33,481 bases of DNA from a virus. Made by a program: the position numbers and the translations under genes. The DNA is taken from the UHGV virus genome UHGV-0034894; one strand, 5' to 3'. The notes under the pieces are model-generated. The model made no database searches. It was not told the DNA's origin and saw only the letters and a list, made by a program, of their open reading frames with translations. Positions 30,053 to 33,481 of the stretch are shown here, in pieces (the stretch's first letter is position 1; each line of letters starts with the position of its first letter).

Positions 30053-30622
30053 TTACTGGTTGTAAGGATCGTAATCCGTGATTGCCTTCCCCGGATTTTC
30101 ATCTTCAGCAGGCAGTCTGGCCTCTAAAGCATTTCGGTTGAACAGATAGGAAGCCCTACAGTGCGAACAAACCATATTAACGGCTCGCCCAAGGCCTGGC
30201 TTAATAACCAGACCTTCCGCTTGCAATATAGATTTTCTCTTTTGCTCGTAGCAATTGGGACAAATATAAACCGGAGATTGGTCAGTATCTGCAGAAAGCT
30301 TGCTGCGATAGACCAGAGTACCCCGCATAGGCTGGTAAAGTTCATAGCTCGCCGCTTCAGCGGCCCAGTTCTCTTGCTTTACTTTCTCATTTTCCAGTTC
30401 AACAATTTTCTCCTTAGCCGCAATCAGCAGCTCCTGAAGCGACATTTGCTGCATCTGAACATCCATTAGCTTATCGAGTAAGGTGTGCGTCTTCTCTTTA
30501 ACTGCATAGTCGACAGTCAGATTCTGAATCTCTCTTGCTGCTCCAACCGCGCCTTTAATTGCTCCTCCCACGCCGGATAACGATTCAGTTATCCGGGAAA
30601 GAATTCCTTTTTCTTCAGACAT
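30053..30622 (-). CDS. Coiled-coil / zinc-ribbon protein (189 aa) in the immunity region; candidate accessory gene
   Basis: CPNC...(21 aa)...CSHC zinc-ribbon motif after a predicted coiled coil; convergent with cI. Confidence 0.6.
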   Translation of the reverse strand: MSEEKGILSRITESLSGVGGAIKGAVGAAREIQNLTVDYAVKEKTHTLLDKLMDVQMQQMSLQELLIAAKEKIVELENEKVKQENWAAEAASYELYQPMRGTLVYRSKLSADTDQSPVYICPNCYEQKRKSILQAEGLVIKPGLGRAVNMVCSHCRASYLFNRNALEARLPAEDENPGKAITDYDPYNQ

Positions 30623-30636
30623 ATCTAATCTCTCTC

Positions 30637-30684
30637 AAACTGTAGGGGTGAAGAGATATTAGACGATTTCTCACTGTAGGGGTA
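30637..30684. repeat. Direct repeat ACTGTAGGGGT x2 (33 bp apart) immediately upstream of the 189-aa gene
   Basis: Read directly; candidate regulator binding sites. Confidence 0.5.
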
Positions 30685-30761
30685 CAAGGAGAACCACCTC
30701 GCCTGATGTGGTTAAAAGCAGGCACTCGATGATATCCATGTAATTGCTGTGTGTAGTCTTT

Positions 30762-30788
30762 GCCCGCCGCAAATGACGGGCTTTTTTA
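30762..30788 (+). terminator. Plus-strand rho-independent terminator upstream of the early plus-strand operon
   Basis: GCCCG-(10-nt loop)-CGGGC followed by UUUUUU. Confidence 0.5.
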
Positions 30789-30846
30789 TGTCTGAAAGCG
30801 CACTCGCAACAGCGCGCTCCCCGATATGAAAAAAGGAATACAACCG

Positions 30847-30996
30847 ATGAAACCTGAACACCTCTATCGACTGACGGGGCGCGATGTTCTCCGTTATCGC
30901 CGTAAAAACTTCGATTTGATGACCGGTCTGGCCGTTGCCACTGCGCTCGGTCTGATCATCACTTTCATTCTCCTTGTAGCGAGGACCACAGTATGA
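30847..30996 (+). CDS. Small membrane protein (49 aa), not in ORF track
   Basis: AAAGGAA SD 9 nt upstream of ATG; basic N-terminus then TM helix (LAVATALGLIITFILLVA); stop overlaps the next ATG (ATGA). Confidence 0.4.
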   Translation: MKPEHLYRLTGRDVLRYRRKNFDLMTGLAVATALGLIITFILLVARTTV

Positions 30997-31895
30997 GTTT
31001 AGAAACCAGTCTCGAACTTAATAATCAACTTCTGGCACAACATAATGCGCTGCTTGAACGTCTTATCCGCACAATGGCATCAGGTATTGTTATGCATCCT
31101 GACACGATTTCACGAGTGCAGGAATGTCGGGATACAGCAACTGAAACTGAAAATATGTCAGCGGCAATGACACTGGATGATCTGGAGTTCAGCGACGTTA
31201 TCGCACTGGCTGGTTTCTACCCAGTAGCCACCCCTATCACAGAAGACATGCTGCAACGTGCTGTTGCCTACCGTGATGCTGAAGGCGATAAACGAGTAGT
31301 TCAGATTGATGCTCTCGACAGCGCATTGCAGGGCGTCAAACGAGCCAGGGCGCTGCTTAAACCTGCTCTCCTGGACCTGTCCCGTAACATCCTTAAGTTC
31401 TGGGACGACCTGCCAACCATCGGCGAGCGACGTGCTTTTGCCGAGCAGCTACTTGATGCACCTGCGGATGGGCGTGATGAAGTTAAGCCGAAAAAGGCCA
31501 GTAACAAAGATGGAGAACGCACGGGGCCGTTTTACGTCAAAAATGTATCCGGCACAGCAGCCAGTGAACTCCACACCTTACGCAAGTTGAACGAGATGCT
31601 GAAAAAAGGCCATATCGAGACCAACCGTGTTGAGTACCTTCAGCTGCAGGAAGAATTTGCACGCAGAGACACAGCAAATTCCAGCCAGAATAATGACGCC
31701 AAAGATGACCATACAATTGATTTCGCGGCACTACGCAAACAAGCTGAAGGGTTGATCCTCCAGTTAGCAAAAGGGGGTTACCGGGCAGAAGCTATTGCAA
31801 TTCTGGAAAAACAGGGAGCCAGGAAACTTGGTGAAGTAACGGATGAAAATCTCGCTGAAGTAATCACCCTGGCTGAAAAAGCACTGGAGGGTTAA
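30993..31895 (+). CDS. Hypothetical early protein (300 aa), likely partner of the downstream nuclease
   Basis: Tight 3-bp spacing to nuclease gene; no family recognised. Confidence 0.5.
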   Translation: MSLETSLELNNQLLAQHNALLERLIRTMASGIVMHPDTISRVQECRDTATETENMSAAMTLDDLEFSDVIALAGFYPVATPITEDMLQRAVAYRDAEGDKRVVQIDALDSALQGVKRARALLKPALLDLSRNILKFWDDLPTIGERRAFAEQLLDAPADGRDEVKPKKASNKDGERTGPFYVKNVSGTAASELHTLRKLNEMLKKGHIETNRVEYLQLQEEFARRDTANSSQNNDAKDDHTIDFAALRKQAEGLILQLAKGGYRAEAIAILEKQGARKLGEVTDENLAEVITLAEKALEG

Positions 31896-31897
31896 TC

Positions 31898-33199
31898 ATG
31901 CCAGACGTTCATGCACAACTTTCTCCATCATCAGCGCATCGATGGATGCGCTGCCCAGGAAGTCTGGCGCTGGAGGCCACACAACCGGATAAAGAAACAA
32001 CTTTTGCAATCGAGGGCACTGCAGCGCACGCGCTTGCTGAAAAAGTTCTACGAAACAGGCAAAGCCACCCGGAACACTACGCCGGATGCAATGTTTCTAT
32101 GTTTCTCGGCTCATACCCCCTTCGCGAAAATCCTGATGATACATCTGGCCCACAGGTGGATGATGAAATGGTCGAAGCCGTTGGCCGGTATGTTGATACG
32201 GTCTGGACTCTTGCACAGAATAATGAACTATTGGTTGAACAACGTGTTGATTTCTCACATATAACGGGTGTGGAAGAATCTTTCGGAACTGCCGACGGCA
32301 TAATCATCGCTGGTAGCGAATTACAAATCCACGACCTGAAATATGGCAAAGGCGTCCGCATTGATGCAGAACAAAATGAGCAACTACAACTGTATGCTCT
32401 GGGTGCTCTCGAACAATTCAGCATGCTGTATGACTTTGAGACTGTAAGATTATTTATTCACCAGCCAAGGCTCAACCACGTTTCAGAATGGTCGTTAACC
32501 GTGCAGGAACTTCAGTCTTTCGGTAAACGAGCACAGGAGGCCGCAACCAGTGCGATCCTTGTTCTCAATATTGCTGAATGCGAAGGCATTGAGACACTAC
32601 CGCTGGAAAACTTCATACCTGGAGAAAAGCAGTGCCGCTTCTGTAAAGCAAAAGCTATTTGCACTGCCCAGAAAATGCAGCATTTACAAACAGCGGCCAG
32701 CGACTTTGAAGATCTGACAAAGCCTGTCAGCGAAATAATCACCAATGCCAGCGCACGTGTACCTCTGTTAACCATTGAGCAGCTTGCGGAGATCTATAGC
32801 CAGGCCGACTTTATTGAGTCCTGGCTAAAGGCAGTACGGGACCGGGTTCACAATGAACTCAATGCCGGACATCCGGTACCGGGGTTTAAACTGGTAACAG
32901 GAAAACAAGGTAACCGGGCCTGGAGTGATGAAGAGGCAGCTCGCGCACTTCTGAAGGACCAGTTCAGGTACAAAACTGAAGAAGTATTCGACTTTAAACT
33001 TATTAGTCCCACAAAAGCCGAAAAACTTATCAAAAAGGCCAGTCCACGCCGTTGGTCAAAAGTCGAGGCACTGATAACACGAGCTGATGGTAAACCAACC
33101 GTCGTTCCCGAGTCAGACCCACGCCCCGCACTCAATATCAACCCTGTAAATGATTTCGACGACGTATCCGACGATACGCTAACCGCAGACCTCATCTGA
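31898..33199 (+). CDS. PD-(D/E)XK nuclease with Cas4-like 4-Cys cluster (DUF2800-like phage exonuclease)
   Basis: N-terminal [14 protein letters not shown], catalytic-like D...[13 protein letters not shown]-terminal [10 protein letters not shown]. Confidence 0.7.
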   Translation: MPDVHAQLSPSSAHRWMRCPGSLALEATQPDKETTFAIEGTAAHALAEKVLRNRQSHPEHYAGCNVSMFLGSYPLRENPDDTSGPQVDDEMVEAVGRYVDTVWTLAQNNELLVEQRVDFSHITGVEESFGTADGIIIAGSELQIHDLKYGKGVRIDAEQNEQLQLYALGALEQFSMLYDFETVRLFIHQPRLNHVSEWSLTVQELQSFGKRAQEAATSAILVLNIAECEGIETLPLENFIPGEKQCRFCKAKAICTAQKMQHLQTAASDFEDLTKPVSEIITNASARVPLLTIEQLAEIYSQADFIESWLKAVRDRVHNELNAGHPVPGFKLVTGKQGNRAWSDEEAARALLKDQFRYKTEEVFDFKLISPTKAEKLIKKASPRRWSKVEALITRADGKPTVVPESDPRPALNINPVNDFDDVSDDTLTADLI

Positions 33200-33214
33200 T
33201 TTAAGGAAATACCC

Positions 33215-33445
33215 ATGAAACTGAAGCTGAACAATGTTCGTCTGGCCTTCCCGTCTCTGTTTGAAGCTAAAACTGTAAACGGCGAAGGCGATCCGCGTTT
33301 CTCCGCAGTATTTTTAATGTCTCCCAAACACCCACAACTGGAAGAAATCCGTAAAGCTATGAAGCAGGTAGCGAAGGAAAAATGGGGAGAGAAGTGGGAG
33401 CCCATTTATAACCAGCTGGAGAAAAAACGTAACCGGCTCATTTAA
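33215..33445 (+). CDS. Small protein (76 aa) downstream of nuclease
   Basis: ORF with good spacing after nuclease; function unknown. Confidence 0.4.
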   Translation: MKLKLNNVRLAFPSLFEAKTVNGEGDPRFSAVFLMSPKHPQLEEIRKAMKQVAKEKWGEKWEPIYNQLEKKRNRLI

Positions 33446-33481
33446 ACCGTCTGGTCTGTTTCCTCCGGCTCTACAAAAATA

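Noticed and set aside
29818-30102. 94-aa minus-strand ORF overlapping the 3' end of the zinc-ribbon gene
   Set aside because: Ser/Arg-rich low-complexity translation, overlaps the neighbouring gene, and the region is full of hairpins; more likely non-coding.
30847-30996. Small ORF as a lambda N-like antiterminator
   Set aside because: It has a C-terminal transmembrane helix and lacks an N-type arginine-rich motif followed by a soluble domain; more likely a small membrane peptide.

Overview
This window is most of a temperate enterobacterial prophage with a lambdoid control/lysis region and a Mu/SfV-like contractile tail; almost all phage genes are on the minus strand. Right to left: a recombination module on the plus strand (about 30850-33450), then an immunity region with a CI-like repressor (+) and Cro-like regulator (-), a primase-type replication gene with a symmetric iteron cluster, a Q-like antiterminator, a lysis cassette (holin, lambda R-type endolysin, Rz-like spanin), terminase, portal and head genes, sheath/tube/chaperone/tape measure, baseplate genes, and a Mu G-segment-like invertible tail-fibre cassette (2111-3932) bounded by hix/gix-like sites. 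The adjacent Gin/Hin-family invertase is cut to about 90 residues by an AT-rich cargo island (about 300-1775) that carries a 281-aa orphan protein. Other candidate accessory loci are a two-gene insertion inside the baseplate operon (7312-8156, with its own terminator) and a zinc-ribbon protein gene convergent with cI (30053-30622). I also see a likely -1 programmed frameshift at the end of the tail chaperone gene. All family assignments are from reading the translated ORFs by eye and from gene order; no database search or computed statistic was available, and GC differences are visual estimates.
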